This document shows, piece after piece, positions 38,540-48,198 of a stretch of DNA of 64,000 nt. A model generated the notes under the pieces. That model worked only from the letters and a program-made list of their open reading frames with translations, was not told the DNA's origin and did no database searches. Source of the stretch: Armatimonadota bacterium (GTDB taxonomy: Bacteria > Armatimonadota > UBA5829 > DTLH01); the NCBI GenBank assembly GCA_039679675.1, contig JBDKUN010000028.1, positions 96,001 to 160,000 on the forward strand, read 5' to 3'. Both the position numbers and the translations under genes were made by a program. How positions within the stretch are numbered: position 1 is the first letter of the stretch; each line of letters opens with the position of its first letter.

Positions 38540-38608
38540 ATGGTCACTGTAGCAATCATATCTGAAATATCGGGATCAGCGGCGCGCATCGGAGCTGCCA
38601 GCAGATAA
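38540..38608 (+). CDS. putative 22-aa leader peptide upstream of rsgA
   Basis: AAAAGGAGG RBS; MVTVAIISEISGSAARIGAASR*; extended -10 TGGTATAAT at 38491-38499. Confidence 0.6.
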   Translation: MVTVAIISEISGSAARIGAASR

Positions 38609-38717
38609 GTCAGCCACACCTGATTTCCACTAAAAACACCCGGCTGTACATCTTCGCACCCTCCGACGCGCGTGAGCGCTGATACCACATCTGTTATCAA
38701 TCAAATTCAGATATGGT
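38555..38717 (+). promoter_or_regulatory. nested leader RNA structure (attenuator-like)
   Basis: CATATCTGAA (38557-66) pairs with TTCAGATATG (38706-15); inner ATCAGCG/CGCTGAT, CGGAG/CTCCG, CAGCC/GGCTG. Confidence 0.6.
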
Positions 38718-38733
38718 TTTGGAGGAACCTGCG

Positions 38734-39801
38734 TTGAAACTGGAACAACTGGGATTCGATTCACACTTTGCCGGTCATTTTGCGCCTTACGAGACTCAAA
38801 AGCTCTCCGCCGGTAGAGTATCCCTTGAACATAAAAACTCTTACATAATCTATACCGAATGCGGCGAGATGCCCGCTACCGTAAGCGGCAGGATGCACTA
38901 TGACGCGCTCGATCAACTGGGCTACCCCGTAGTAGGCGATTGGGTAGTGGCTAATATTCTGGATGAGGAGCCCCAGAGGGCCATCATCCACGCTATCTTG
39001 CCCCGGAAAAGCAAATTCTCGCGCAAAGAAGCGGGCAAGAGGACTATTGAGCAGCCGATAGCAGCGAATATCGACACGGTGTTCATAGTCGTCGGGCTCG
39101 ATCACAACTTCAGAGTGAGAAGAATTGAGCGCTACCTGACGCTTGCCTGGGAAAGCGGGGCAAACCCGGCCGTTATCCTGACCAAATCCGATCTTTCAGA
39201 TGCGGTCGAAGACCGGCTGAGAGAAGTTCAGGCATCAGCGCCGGGAGTCCCTGTCCATGCGATAAGCGTGCTCGAAGAAAAAGGACTCAATCAACTGTCG
39301 GACTATCTGACGGAAGGGAAAACGATTGCACTTCTCGGTTCATCCGGTGTCGGGAAGTCCACCATAGTCAATTATCTGATCGGAAAGGACGTGCAGAGCG
39401 TTCAGGAAGTGCGGGAAGAAGACAGCAGAGGACGGCATACCACGACGCGCCGCCAGATGTTCGTTCTACCGTCCGGCGGGCTGGTGATAGATACTCCCGG
39501 AATGCGCGAACTGCAACTGTGGGATGCGGATGAAGGCCTTTCTGGTGTTTTCGAGGACATAGAGAACCTTGCGCGAGAATGTCGGTTCACTGACTGCAGC
39601 CACGAGAACGAACCCGGATGTAAAGTGCGGCAGGCGCTCGAAAGCGGCGAGCTTGACCCCGCCAGGTTCGAAAACTACAGGAAAATGCTTAAGGAACTCA
39701 ATTATCTCGAAAAACGGCAGGATGTCGCAGCCGCGCTCATAGAGAGGGAAAAGTGGAAGAAGATCCATAAGCAGGCACGAGGGCTGAATAAGGGGAAATA
39801 G
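38734..39801 (+). CDS. rsgA: ribosome small subunit-dependent GTPase A (alternative start ATG 38713)
   Basis: VGDWV, AANID, LTKSDL, GSSGVGKST, GRHTT, DTPG, CRFTDCSHENEPGC; GGAGG 38721-25. Confidence 0.95.
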   Translation: MKLEQLGFDSHFAGHFAPYETQKLSAGRVSLEHKNSYIIYTECGEMPATVSGRMHYDALDQLGYPVVGDWVVANILDEEPQRAIIHAILPRKSKFSRKEAGKRTIEQPIAANIDTVFIVVGLDHNFRVRRIERYLTLAWESGANPAVILTKSDLSDAVEDRLREVQASAPGVPVHAISVLEEKGLNQLSDYLTEGKTIALLGSSGVGKSTIVNYLIGKDVQSVQEVREEDSRGRHTTTRRQMFVLPSGGLVIDTPGMRELQLWDADEGLSGVFEDIENLARECRFTDCSHENEPGCKVRQALESGELDPARFENYRKMLKELNYLEKRQDVAAALIEREKWKKIHKQARGLNKGK

Positions 39802-39811
39802 CTACCTGTTC

Positions 39812-40120
39812 TTTGAATCGCGAATTACGCGAAGAAGCCCGAAAGACGCGAAAGGTGGAAATCTATTAATTGGGAAATGCTTCGGCGCACTTTTTGCGCC
39901 GAAGCCAAACTTTCGGATTGGCGGGTATTCGATGTTGCAATCCAGCGCCGGTTTTTGCGGGTTTATAGCCCGCTGCACTGTCTTTCGTATGTAAAATATA
40001 GTGGAAAGATAGCAGGGGCATGGATGCCCTGGAGAATGGGGACCGGGGCATGATCCCCCGGTCCATCAGCCTTTCCCCAATTTCGTGTTTTCTCCCTTTC
40101 GTGCTTTTGTGATAGAGAAA
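39812..40120. repeat. inverted-repeat element enclosing a hairpin cluster
   Basis: tttgaatcgcgaattacgcgaa..cgcgaaaggtggaaat / tttcgtgttttctccctttcgtgcttttgtga; several internal stems. Confidence 0.6.
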
Positions 40121-40145
40121 GCTGATGGCTGACTGCTGATAGCTA
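40121..40145 (+). repeat. 7-nt periodic GCTGAnn array
   Basis: gctgatg gctgact gctgata gcta. Confidence 0.7.
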
Positions 40146-40149
40146 CTTT

Positions 40150-40163
40150 CGAACATTAGTTCG
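40150..40163. promoter_or_regulatory. LexA (SOS) box, Gram-positive type
   Basis: CGAAC-ATTA-GTTCG upstream of uvrA. Confidence 0.85.
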
Positions 40164-40246
40164 CAATTTTCCTTGTGTGTGGGTCAGCGTAATGGTAAAA
40201 TATCCTGGTACGCTTAGATGTAAACGAGTTCAGAAAGCAGCAAAAA

Positions 40247-43153
40247 ATGACGCAAGACAAGATCATCGTGCACGGCGCGAGGCAGCACAACCTCAAGAAC
40301 ATAAATGTAGAAATCCCCAGAGACAAATTGGTAGTCATAACCGGGCTTTCCGGCTCCGGCAAGTCGTCGCTCGCCTTCGATACGATATATGCGGAGGGTC
40401 AGCGGAGGTATGTGGAGTCGCTGTCGTCCTACGCCCGCCAGTTCCTCGGCCAAATGGACAAACCGGACGTTGATGAGATCATAGGGCTTTCTCCGGCAGT
40501 CTCAATCGACCAGAAATCGACTACGCGGAACCCGCGCTCGACTGTAGGGACGGTCACGGAGATTTACGACTACCTGAGGCTCATGTTTTCGCGCATCGGG
40601 CATCCTCACTGCCCGCAGTGCGGCAGGGAAATTTCTCAGCAGACCGTGGAGCAGATCGTAGACCAGATAATGGCGCTCCCGGAGGGCTCGAAGATCCAAA
40701 TTCTTGCCCCAGTAGTGCGCGGACGGAAGGGCGAATACCGGCAGGTAATCGAAGATGTCCGCAGGCAGGGCTACGTCCGCGTGCGTGTGGACGGACAAAT
40801 CTATGAGGTCACCGACGACATAGAGATGGACCGCTACAAAAAACATACCATAGAGATTGTGGTCGACCGGCTTGTGGTCAAGGCTGAGATCGAAAAAAGG
40901 CTCTCAGATTCGCTTGAGACAGCGCTGAAACTTGCGAACGGCAACGTCGGAATAGATGTTATGGGGAGCGAAGAGCTTTTCTTCTCCGAAAACTTCGCCT
41001 GCACCGAGTGCGGCATCAGCCTGGATGAACTTGCGCCGCGCAATTTCAGTTTTAACACGCCTTACGGCGCCTGCCCGGACTGTCAGGGGCTGGGGACCCA
41101 TACAAAGCTCGACCCGGACCTGATCATTCCTGACAAAAGCAAGTCTATCGATGATGGGGCTATCATCCCGCTCGCAAGGACTACGAGCGAGTATTACATC
41201 TCACTTATAGAAGGCGTGGCAAAGATTTATGGGTTCGAGACTTCGACCCCGATCAAGAATTTGACCAAAAAACAAGTCGATATGCTTCTGCATGGCGCCG
41301 ATAGACGCGTTCCTGTGACGTTCAATAACCGCTATGGCAGGATGAGGCAGTTCGATGCGAACTTCGACGGCATCATCCCGTGGCTGGAGCGGCGCTACAA
41401 AGAGACCTCCAGCGAGATGATCAAGGAAGAGATCGAGCGGTATATGTCGGCTACTCCCTGTGAGTCGTGCAAAGGGCTCAGGCTGAAACCGGAAAGCCTC
41501 GCGGTGAAAATCGGCGGGATAAACATTAGCCAGGTAGCCGCAAAGTCTGTTTCATCGGCGCTTGGATGGTTCGAAAACCTCAAATTGACACCGAGAGAGC
41601 AGACGATTGCTCACCGGATTGTCAAAGAGATCAAAGTCCGGCTGGGGTTCCTCAAGAACGTCGGGCTGGAGTATCTGACGCTCGACCGCGCGGCGGCAAC
41701 CCTTGCGGGCGGTGAAGCTCAGAGGATCAGGCTGGCGTCGCAGATAGGCTCAGGGCTGACAGGCGTCCTTTACATACTGGATGAGCCGTCTATCGGGCTT
41801 CACCAGCGGGACAACACCAAGCTTATAGAGACATTACTGAAGCTGCGCGACCTGGGGAACACGATCATAGTCGTAGAGCACGATGAGGAGACGATGTATG
41901 CCGCCGACCACATCATCGACATAGGCCCGGGCGCAGGAGAACATGGCGGGTACGTCATTGCAGAGGGCAATGTCGAAGAGATCAAGGCAAATCCGGCTTC
42001 GATCACAGGGAAATACCTCTCCGGCGAGCTTACGATACCTGTGCCCAAGGAACGGAGGAAGCCGAACGGGTCGTCTCTCAAGCTGAAAGGCGCGAGGGAG
42101 CACAACCTGAAGAATATAGACGTGGAAATCCCGCTCGGTTCGTTCGTATGCGTGACGGGAGTCTCCGGGTCGGGCAAGAGCACCCTCATCCAGGAGACTC
42201 TTTTTCCCCGGCTTATGTACGCGCTCCACGGAACCCACCGCGCCTGGGGAGACCACGATGAGATTACAGGACTGGACGGTATCGACAGGGTTATCGACAT
42301 AGACCAGTCGCCGATCGGCAGGACACCGAGGTCGAACCCGGCGACATATACGGGCACATTCGACCTGATCCGCGACCTCTTCTCCAAGACGCAGGATGCG
42401 AGGATGCGGGGTTACATGCCGGGAAGGTTCAGCTTCAACGTCAAGGGCGGACGCTGCGAGGCGTGTAAGGGAGACGGCATCATCAAGATAGAAATGCACT
42501 TCCTGCCGGATGTTTATGTGCCGTGCGAGGTCTGCAAAGGCAAGCGCTACAACCGTGAAACACTTGATGTCAAATATAAGGGCAAGTCTATATCCGACGT
42601 GCTCAACATGACGGTGGCGCAGGCGCTTGAGTTCTTCAAGCACATTCCGCCGATCACCCGGAAGCTGCAGACGATTCACGATGTTGGGTTGGACTACATC
42701 AGGCTGGGACAGCCTGCGACGACACTTTCCGGAGGTGAAGCACAGCGTGTGAAGCTAGCAACAGAACTTGCGAAGCGGAGCACAGGCCGGACTATGTATA
42801 TACTCGATGAGCCGACCACGGGGCTGCATTTCGACGATATAAAGAAGCTCCTGGAAGTGCTCGAACGGCTGGTGGACGCAGGAAACACAGTGCTCGTGAT
42901 AGAACACAACCTGGATGTCATCAAGACGGCGGACTACATCATCGACTTGGGGCCGGAAGGCGGAGACCGGGGAGGAGAGATAGTCGCAACCGGGACACCG
43001 GAAGATATTGCCCGTGTGGAAGCATCCTACACGGGACGCTACTTGAAGAGGATACTCGGTAATCAGCCGGAAAAACCGTCAAAAAACGGGAAAAAGAAGG
43101 GCGCTAAAGCCGTAAAGGAGCAATCTGAATCGGCATCGGAGGCATCTCTATGA
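40247..43153 (+). CDS. uvrA: excinuclease ABC subunit A
   Basis: [23 protein letters not shown], two ABC domains, zinc fingers. Confidence 0.98.
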   Translation: MTQDKIIVHGARQHNLKNINVEIPRDKLVVITGLSGSGKSSLAFDTIYAEGQRRYVESLSSYARQFLGQMDKPDVDEIIGLSPAVSIDQKSTTRNPRSTVGTVTEIYDYLRLMFSRIGHPHCPQCGREISQQTVEQIVDQIMALPEGSKIQILAPVVRGRKGEYRQVIEDVRRQGYVRVRVDGQIYEVTDDIEMDRYKKHTIEIVVDRLVVKAEIEKRLSDSLETALKLANGNVGIDVMGSEELFFSENFACTECGISLDELAPRNFSFNTPYGACPDCQGLGTHTKLDPDLIIPDKSKSIDDGAIIPLARTTSEYYISLIEGVAKIYGFETSTPIKNLTKKQVDMLLHGADRRVPVTFNNRYGRMRQFDANFDGIIPWLERRYKETSSEMIKEEIERYMSATPCESCKGLRLKPESLAVKIGGINISQVAAKSVSSALGWFENLKLTPREQTIAHRIVKEIKVRLGFLKNVGLEYLTLDRAAATLAGGEAQRIRLASQIGSGLTGVLYILDEPSIGLHQRDNTKLIETLLKLRDLGNTIIVVEHDEETMYAADHIIDIGPGAGEHGGYVIAEGNVEEIKANPASITGKYLSGELTIPVPKERRKPNGSSLKLKGAREHNLKNIDVEIPLGSFVCVTGVSGSGKSTLIQETLFPRLMYALHGTHRAWGDHDEITGLDGIDRVIDIDQSPIGRTPRSNPATYTGTFDLIRDLFSKTQDARMRGYMPGRFSFNVKGGRCEACKGDGIIKIEMHFLPDVYVPCEVCKGKRYNRETLDVKYKGKSISDVLNMTVAQALEFFKHIPPITRKLQTIHDVGLDYIRLGQPATTLSGGEAQRVKLATELAKRSTGRTMYILDEPTTGLHFDDIKKLLEVLERLVDAGNTVLVIEHNLDVIKTADYIIDLGPEGGDRGGEIVATGTPEDIARVEASYTGRYLKRILGNQPEKPSKNGKKKGAKAVKEQSESASEASL

Positions 43154-43599
43154 AATTCCTTTCTAAAATGTTCGAGAATAAGGACGACGAGCCGGAAAAG
43201 CCGCACAGGTGGGAGCTTACGCCGTTTGAGGCCAGGCACAGGGCGAACCTGATAGTAAAATCCGCCGCAGCGCTCGATGTGGAACTGGACTACTCGCCGG
43301 AAAGCCTGAAATCAGTCGATTTGCTGATCGACAAGGAGCGTGAAACAGGCATAGGACTCACTCCTGAGATGGCGCACGAGATGGTGTCCCTCGGAGCGTA
43401 CGTGGGCGAGGTAATGATCAGGCATTTAAACGGCAAATGGGCTTATGGCACCATGCCGCAGAAACATGACCCGCTGGTGATGATCATAAACGGCAGATAC
43501 GTGATAAACGTGGTGAGCGTGGCCTTCAAACGGTTTATGGCAGGAGAGCCAAACAGCGTAGCTACGATGTTCGAGGAGACGAAGAAACTGACCGAGTAG
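43150..43599 (+). CDS. hypothetical protein (DUF3806-like), translationally coupled to uvrA
   Basis: ATGA overlap; [23 protein letters not shown]. Confidence 0.7.
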   Translation: MKFLSKMFENKDDEPEKPHRWELTPFEARHRANLIVKSAAALDVELDYSPESLKSVDLLIDKERETGIGLTPEMAHEMVSLGAYVGEVMIRHLNGKWAYGTMPQKHDPLVMIINGRYVINVVSVAFKRFMAGEPNSVATMFEETKKLTE

Positions 43600-43600
43600 G

Positions 43601-43654
43601 TTTCTGAACCGCGAATTACGCAAATAGGGATTAGTTGATGTTGCGATTCAGAAA
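43601..43654. repeat. minimal (empty) TTYTGAAYCGC inverted-repeat element
   Basis: tttctgaaccgcgaa .. ttgcgattcagaaa. Confidence 0.7.
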
Positions 43655-43682
43655 TGAAAGCATATCTCAACCATAAGGAGTT

Positions 43683-43952
43683 ATGATGCAGGGAAAAATC
43701 ATAACATTTGTGTTGATGAACATTGGATTTGCTTATTATCTCTTTACCTGGCACCGCTTGATTTGGGGAAGGTGGCCTGAGCGAAATCTCGAGAAGAAGA
43801 TCCAAAATGCTGAGATTTCTGCCAATATGCGAAAAAATTACATTGATCTTTATAGATCTCTCGCCTGGGGACTCTTTGCCTTTGTAGTTGTGCTGTATCC
43901 AACTGTCACAATAATGCTGTTTTTCCCAAGTGTTCTGGGCTTTGGCAAATAG
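43683..43952 (+). CDS. small 2-TM hypothetical protein
   Basis: TAAGGAG RBS, two hydrophobic segments, AT-rich. Confidence 0.65.
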   Translation: MMQGKIITFVLMNIGFAYYLFTWHRLIWGRWPERNLEKKIQNAEISANMRKNYIDLYRSLAWGLFAFVVVLYPTVTIMLFFPSVLGFGK

Positions 43953-43961
43953 ACACCAAAA

Positions 43962-44579
43962 ATGTAGTGGCCGGTCTCTGTGCCGGCCATCGGCTCCGCA
44001 GGAGCCGCGCAACCTTTCGACATGGTACATTCTATGGACAAAGAAAGATGCTTTACTCGCAGTCGAATGAGGCTGGAGGATGTCAGCTACTCTGACCCGG
44101 CTATGGTGTACTTTGCCACGCTGTGTACGAATAACAAGGAAAAGGTATTTCTCAATAAAACCTTTGCCAAGCTTGTAGTTGATTCCTTAATGTGGAGTAG
44201 AGATCATAGCTGGTTTCGTATCTATGCTTATTGCTTGATGCCAAATCATCTCCACCTTGCTCTTTCGCCTGTTGATGATAAGCATTCTTTGTCTGAGTCT
44301 ATAGGCAAGTTTAAAAGTTATACAACATCAGAAAGTTGGAAGCTTGGATTTGAAGGCCAGTTGTGGCAGCGTAGTTGGTATGACCACATAGCCAGGCGTG
44401 ATGAAGATGTGCTCTCGATCTGCCGGTATATTCTTGAAAATCCAGTAAGGGCAACGCTGGTCGAATCATGCGATAAATGGCCGTATAGTGGGATGCCGGA
44501 TGTGTTAGTGTTATAAAAATCGAGAAATATGTCCAGCACCTTCGGTGCTGATGGCCGGCACGGAGACCGGCCACTACAT
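43962..44579. mobile_element. RAYT locus bounded by inverted GTAG REPs
   Basis: ATGTAGTGGCCGGTCTCTGTGCCGGCCATC (43962-91) and its inverse (44550-79) match at 29/30. Confidence 0.9.
44034..44516 (+). CDS. rayT: REP-associated tyrosine transposase (Y1/HUH)
   Basis: YFATLCT, MPNHLH (HUH), KFKS, LWQRSWYDH, YILENP. Confidence 0.92.
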   Translation: MDKERCFTRSRMRLEDVSYSDPAMVYFATLCTNNKEKVFLNKTFAKLVVDSLMWSRDHSWFRIYAYCLMPNHLHLALSPVDDKHSLSESIGKFKSYTTSESWKLGFEGQLWQRSWYDHIARRDEDVLSICRYILENPVRATLVESCDKWPYSGMPDVLVL

Positions 44580-44646
44580 CTACATCAATATTTGATAAAG
44601 ATGCGAAAAAGACATAACCACGGAATCTAGGGGAGGATGTGAATCT

Positions 44647-45426
44647 ATGGTCCTAAGTGAACAAGCAACACAGCTACTTGATGCTTTCTTAACCGTCTGT
44701 GATAAGCTCATAGAGCGCACCAACCAATTACCCCCACCTACGGACGAGGTAGACCGTCGGGTCAAGCATCGCTATTATTTTTACCTTAATAAAAGCATAA
44801 GCACTTTTATGGCATTCAACATCCTAATCAGAAAGGGTTATCTCTACGAGGCTCAGATAATCTCAAGAGCAAACTTCGAATTACTGGTTGATTTGATATA
44901 CTATCACTCAAACCCAATACACCTGAGTCAGCGTTTTGATGACTATTTCCATGTAGCATCGGAATATGAGGTGCTATTGCTTAATGTGGGTTGTGACGAA
45001 ACAAAACTCCCAGCGGCCGAAAAGTCACGAATTGATGCACTGAAAGAAAGCTTTCGTAGTAAGTATGGCGGCAAAAAGTTTCCAAAACATTGGTCGGGCA
45101 TTAACACAATTAGGGAACGGTCAATAAATGTCGGTATGGAAGAAAGCTATCGCACTACATATCACCTTAGATCCGATATAGCTCACAGTGGCATTAATAG
45201 CGAAGCTTGCTATATGCATTTTGTCAATTTACCTCTAGAAAATACAATGGATGTTCTTAGACAGCAAAAACTGTGTATCGAAATCGTATCAGCTTGCACT
45301 GATATGTTGCATTGTTTGAAGATTGCTGAAGATGGGCTTGCTCTAATGAGCTATGAACTAATTCATGACCTCTATAACCAGTATGCTAGTTATGCAGGAA
45401 CTATATTGGGAATCATAGATCGTTAA
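44647..45426 (+). CDS. DUF5677-like helical protein with Rx4H motif
   Basis: RANFE, KHWSG, Y..RSDIAH; AT-rich; GGGAGG RBS. Confidence 0.7.
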   Translation: MVLSEQATQLLDAFLTVCDKLIERTNQLPPPTDEVDRRVKHRYYFYLNKSISTFMAFNILIRKGYLYEAQIISRANFELLVDLIYYHSNPIHLSQRFDDYFHVASEYEVLLLNVGCDETKLPAAEKSRIDALKESFRSKYGGKKFPKHWSGINTIRERSINVGMEESYRTTYHLRSDIAHSGINSEACYMHFVNLPLENTMDVLRQQKLCIEIVSACTDMLHCLKIAEDGLALMSYELIHDLYNQYASYAGTILGIIDR

Positions 45427-45485
45427 TAGACAACCTTTTGCAACTCTAAATATTAAAAAACACGTATAAACCTTTGGACGGGGAA

Positions 45486-47408
45486 ATGGTGGAAGATAAA
45501 GTCGATTTGGTCGACTCTTTCGACCCAACAGATTCGCTAGAATCGTGGGTCTTAGAAAGCAATTTTTACGTGACGCTGAAAGATAAGCTTTCGACGTTGC
45601 CGACGAGTCCGGGCGTGTATCTTATGAAGAACTCGCTCGGAGAGATAATCTATGTCGGCAAGGCCGTTGTGCTTAAAAACAGGGTAAGGTCATACTTCCA
45701 GAAGCTCGGAAAAGACATCTCCGGCAAGGTCCGGCACATGGTCCACGAGATCGCCGACCTGGAGTGGATTGTCACCGATTCCGAGCTTGAAGCGCTCATT
45801 CTCGAGTCCAACCTCATCAAGAAATACCGCCCGCACTACAACGTCCGCTTAAAGGACGACAAGAGCTACCCTTACATCGCCATAACGATGAAGGACCGAT
45901 TCCCCAGGCCGATGTTCATGCGGAAGATCAGGTTCGAGGGCAAAGACGGCAACAAGTATTTCGGCCCGTACACCGACTCCAACGCGGTTCGCGAGACACT
46001 GAGGCTCATCCGGCGGGTGTTCAAAGTGCCCTGCGGCTATACAGACCCGACCCAGTCCAAGGGCCGCGCGTGCCTCTATTACCACATAGGCCAGTGCCTC
46101 GGACCCTGCGCGGGCGAAGTCACCGAGGAAGAGTATCGCCAAGTCATCAAAGACGTAATCACCTTCCTTGAAGGCAGGCAGGAAAAACTTCTGAAGGAAC
46201 TTCAAAAGCAGATGGAAGAAGCATCCGAAAAACTGCTTTTCGAGAAGGCAGCAAGGCTCCGCGACCAAGCACAGGCGATGCAGCGGATAGTCGAACGGCA
46301 GAAAATCATATCGAACGCTATGACTGATCAGGATGTCGTGGCGCTAGTCACCGATAACGGGAACGCCATAGCCCAGATGTTCTTCATCCGGGGCGGGAAG
46401 CTGATCGGGCAGGAGCATTTTCTTTTAGAGGGGACTTCGAGCGATGACCTGTCGGAAGGCGTCCGGGAGTTCGTAAAGCAGTATTATCAAACGGCGGCCT
46501 ATGTGCCAAAGGAAATCCTGCTCCAGTATGAGATCGACGAGATAGAGATAATCGAAAGCTGGCTGAGGCAGAAGCGCGGGACAAAAGTCGGCATCAGCCA
46601 CCCGGTGCGGGGCGAAAAGCGGCAGCTTGTGGAGATGGCGGAGAAGAATGCTTCAACTGTCCTTGACCAGCTCAGAAAAAAGATCGAAACCGATGAAGCT
46701 ATGGTCTCGGCAGAGCTTTCTGAACTGCAGGAAGGGCTGGATTTGCCAAAACCGCCCAGACGGATCGAATGCTACGACATTTCGAACATTATGGGGACGG
46801 AAGCGGTCGGTTCGCTTGTTGTTTTCGAGAACGGGAAGCCGAAAAAGTCCGATTACCGCAGGTTCAAGATCAAATATACGCCTGAACAGCCGGATGACTA
46901 CGCCATGATGCGCGAAGTGCTGGCGCGAAGGATCACCGGGAAGCTCCGGCAGACGGAAAAGTTTGCAAAACTGCCCGATCTGCTGATGGTGGACGGCGGC
47001 AAGGGGCAGCTGAATGTCGCCGTGGAAGTGCTGAACGCCTTCGACGAGGAGGTCCCCGTCATAGGTCTCGCGAAGGAGTTCGAGGAAGTGTTCAAACCCG
47101 GCGAGTCCGATCCCAGGATACTTCCCAGGGCCTCGAAGGGGCTTCACCTGCTCCAAAGAGTGAGGGATGAAGCGCACAGGTTTGCAATAGAGTACCATCG
47201 GAAGCTCAGGGCGAAGAAGATGACAAAGTCCATCCTGGCGGAGATTCCGGGCATCGGCAAAAAGCGCCGGAGCGCGCTTTTGAAGCACTTCGGGTCTTTG
47301 AAAAAGGTCCGTGAAGCATCTCTGGAGGAATTGGAACAGGCCCCGACGATGACCAAGCCTGCAGCGGAGACTGTCTACAGCTATCTTCGGGAAGCGGAGA
47401 ACAGGTAG
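45486..47408 (+). CDS. uvrC: excinuclease ABC subunit C
   Basis: PGVYLM..IIYVGKA (GIY-YIG), ECYDISN, DGGKGQL, RDEAHRFA, HhH. Confidence 0.97.
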   Translation: MVEDKVDLVDSFDPTDSLESWVLESNFYVTLKDKLSTLPTSPGVYLMKNSLGEIIYVGKAVVLKNRVRSYFQKLGKDISGKVRHMVHEIADLEWIVTDSELEALILESNLIKKYRPHYNVRLKDDKSYPYIAITMKDRFPRPMFMRKIRFEGKDGNKYFGPYTDSNAVRETLRLIRRVFKVPCGYTDPTQSKGRACLYYHIGQCLGPCAGEVTEEEYRQVIKDVITFLEGRQEKLLKELQKQMEEASEKLLFEKAARLRDQAQAMQRIVERQKIISNAMTDQDVVALVTDNGNAIAQMFFIRGGKLIGQEHFLLEGTSSDDLSEGVREFVKQYYQTAAYVPKEILLQYEIDEIEIIESWLRQKRGTKVGISHPVRGEKRQLVEMAEKNASTVLDQLRKKIETDEAMVSAELSELQEGLDLPKPPRRIECYDISNIMGTEAVGSLVVFENGKPKKSDYRRFKIKYTPEQPDDYAMMREVLARRITGKLRQTEKFAKLPDLLMVDGGKGQLNVAVEVLNAFDEEVPVIGLAKEFEEVFKPGESDPRILPRASKGLHLLQRVRDEAHRFAIEYHRKLRAKKMTKSILAEIPGIGKKRRSALLKHFGSLKKVREASLEELEQAPTMTKPAAETVYSYLREAENR

Positions 47409-47410
47409 CT

Positions 47411-47461
47411 TTTTGAACCGCGGAGACACGGAATAATGGGAAACGCGGAAGGTGGAGATTT
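47411..47461 (+). repeat. unpaired TTTGAACCGCGG element end
   Basis: ttttgaaccgcggagacacggaa..cgcggaaggtggagattt aligns with the copies at 2003 and 39812. Confidence 0.7.
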
Positions 47462-47646
47462 GTAGAGTTTATGATGGCACGGGGGATCAATGTTCCGTGT
47501 TTGTTTCTTGGACATCCATGTCCCATGAGTGATGGCAGTAGTGAGGGGCATGGATGCCCGCGGAACAAAGGGCGGGGCTTGGAACCACCGCCCTATCAAG
47601 TTTACAGCTATCTCTGCGAAACAGAGAATATGGAGTAGATTTCAAT

Positions 47647-48099
47647 ATGATCGTAGACAAGTTGCAGAATGCAGCCGCGTACCGCGCGCTTGGGCCGGGT
47701 ATAGCGGCTGCTTTTGATTACCTCAAGTCACAGGATTTTGCGAATATTCCAGCCGGAAAATACGAGATAGACGGCGATAATTGCTTCGCGATGGTCCAGG
47801 ACTACGAAACAGTGCATCGGGCGGAGAAACGCTGGGAGGCCCATCGGAAATATATCGACATCCAGTATATTGCAGGCGGGGCTGAACATATAGGTTACGC
47901 CAACCTGGACACACTGAAAGTAGTCGAGGACTATGACGAGGCAAAAGACATCACCTGGCTCGAAGGCTGCGGAGATTTTATCACTGCGTCCCACGGTTCA
48001 TTCGTTATCCTCTACCCGCAGGATGCCCACATGCCGGGTGTTGCAATCGACAACCCGGAACCTGTCCGCAAAGTGGTCGTAAAGATAGCCGTAAGATAA
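47647..48099 (+). CDS. YhcH/YjgK/YiaL family protein
   Basis: WEAHRKYIDIQY, YPQDAHMPG, VRKVVVKI. Confidence 0.92.
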   Translation: MIVDKLQNAAAYRALGPGIAAAFDYLKSQDFANIPAGKYEIDGDNCFAMVQDYETVHRAEKRWEAHRKYIDIQYIAGGAEHIGYANLDTLKVVEDYDEAKDITWLEGCGDFITASHGSFVILYPQDAHMPGVAIDNPEPVRKVVVKIAVR

Positions 48100-48102
48100 A
48101 AA

Positions 48103-48192
48103 AGTATTAATATTTGCAAAAAGACGAGATTCGGGAAGGAAGTTCTGGAGCAAAAAAGGTATTACTATAACCATGAGAAACCTGTGGTTTGA
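48103..48192 (+). pseudogene. degenerate 3' fragment of a GNAT paralog
   Basis: KKTRFGKEVLEQKRYYYNH aligns without gaps to KKVGFKEEGLQRDGYYYNH of the next gene, 510 bp downstream. Confidence 0.7.
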
Positions 48193-48198
48193 AAAGAA

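Noticed and set aside
45439..45468. ECF-like promoter TGCAAC..CGTATA before uvrC
   Set aside because: 18-nt spacer is longer than typical, and the AT-rich context makes chance likely
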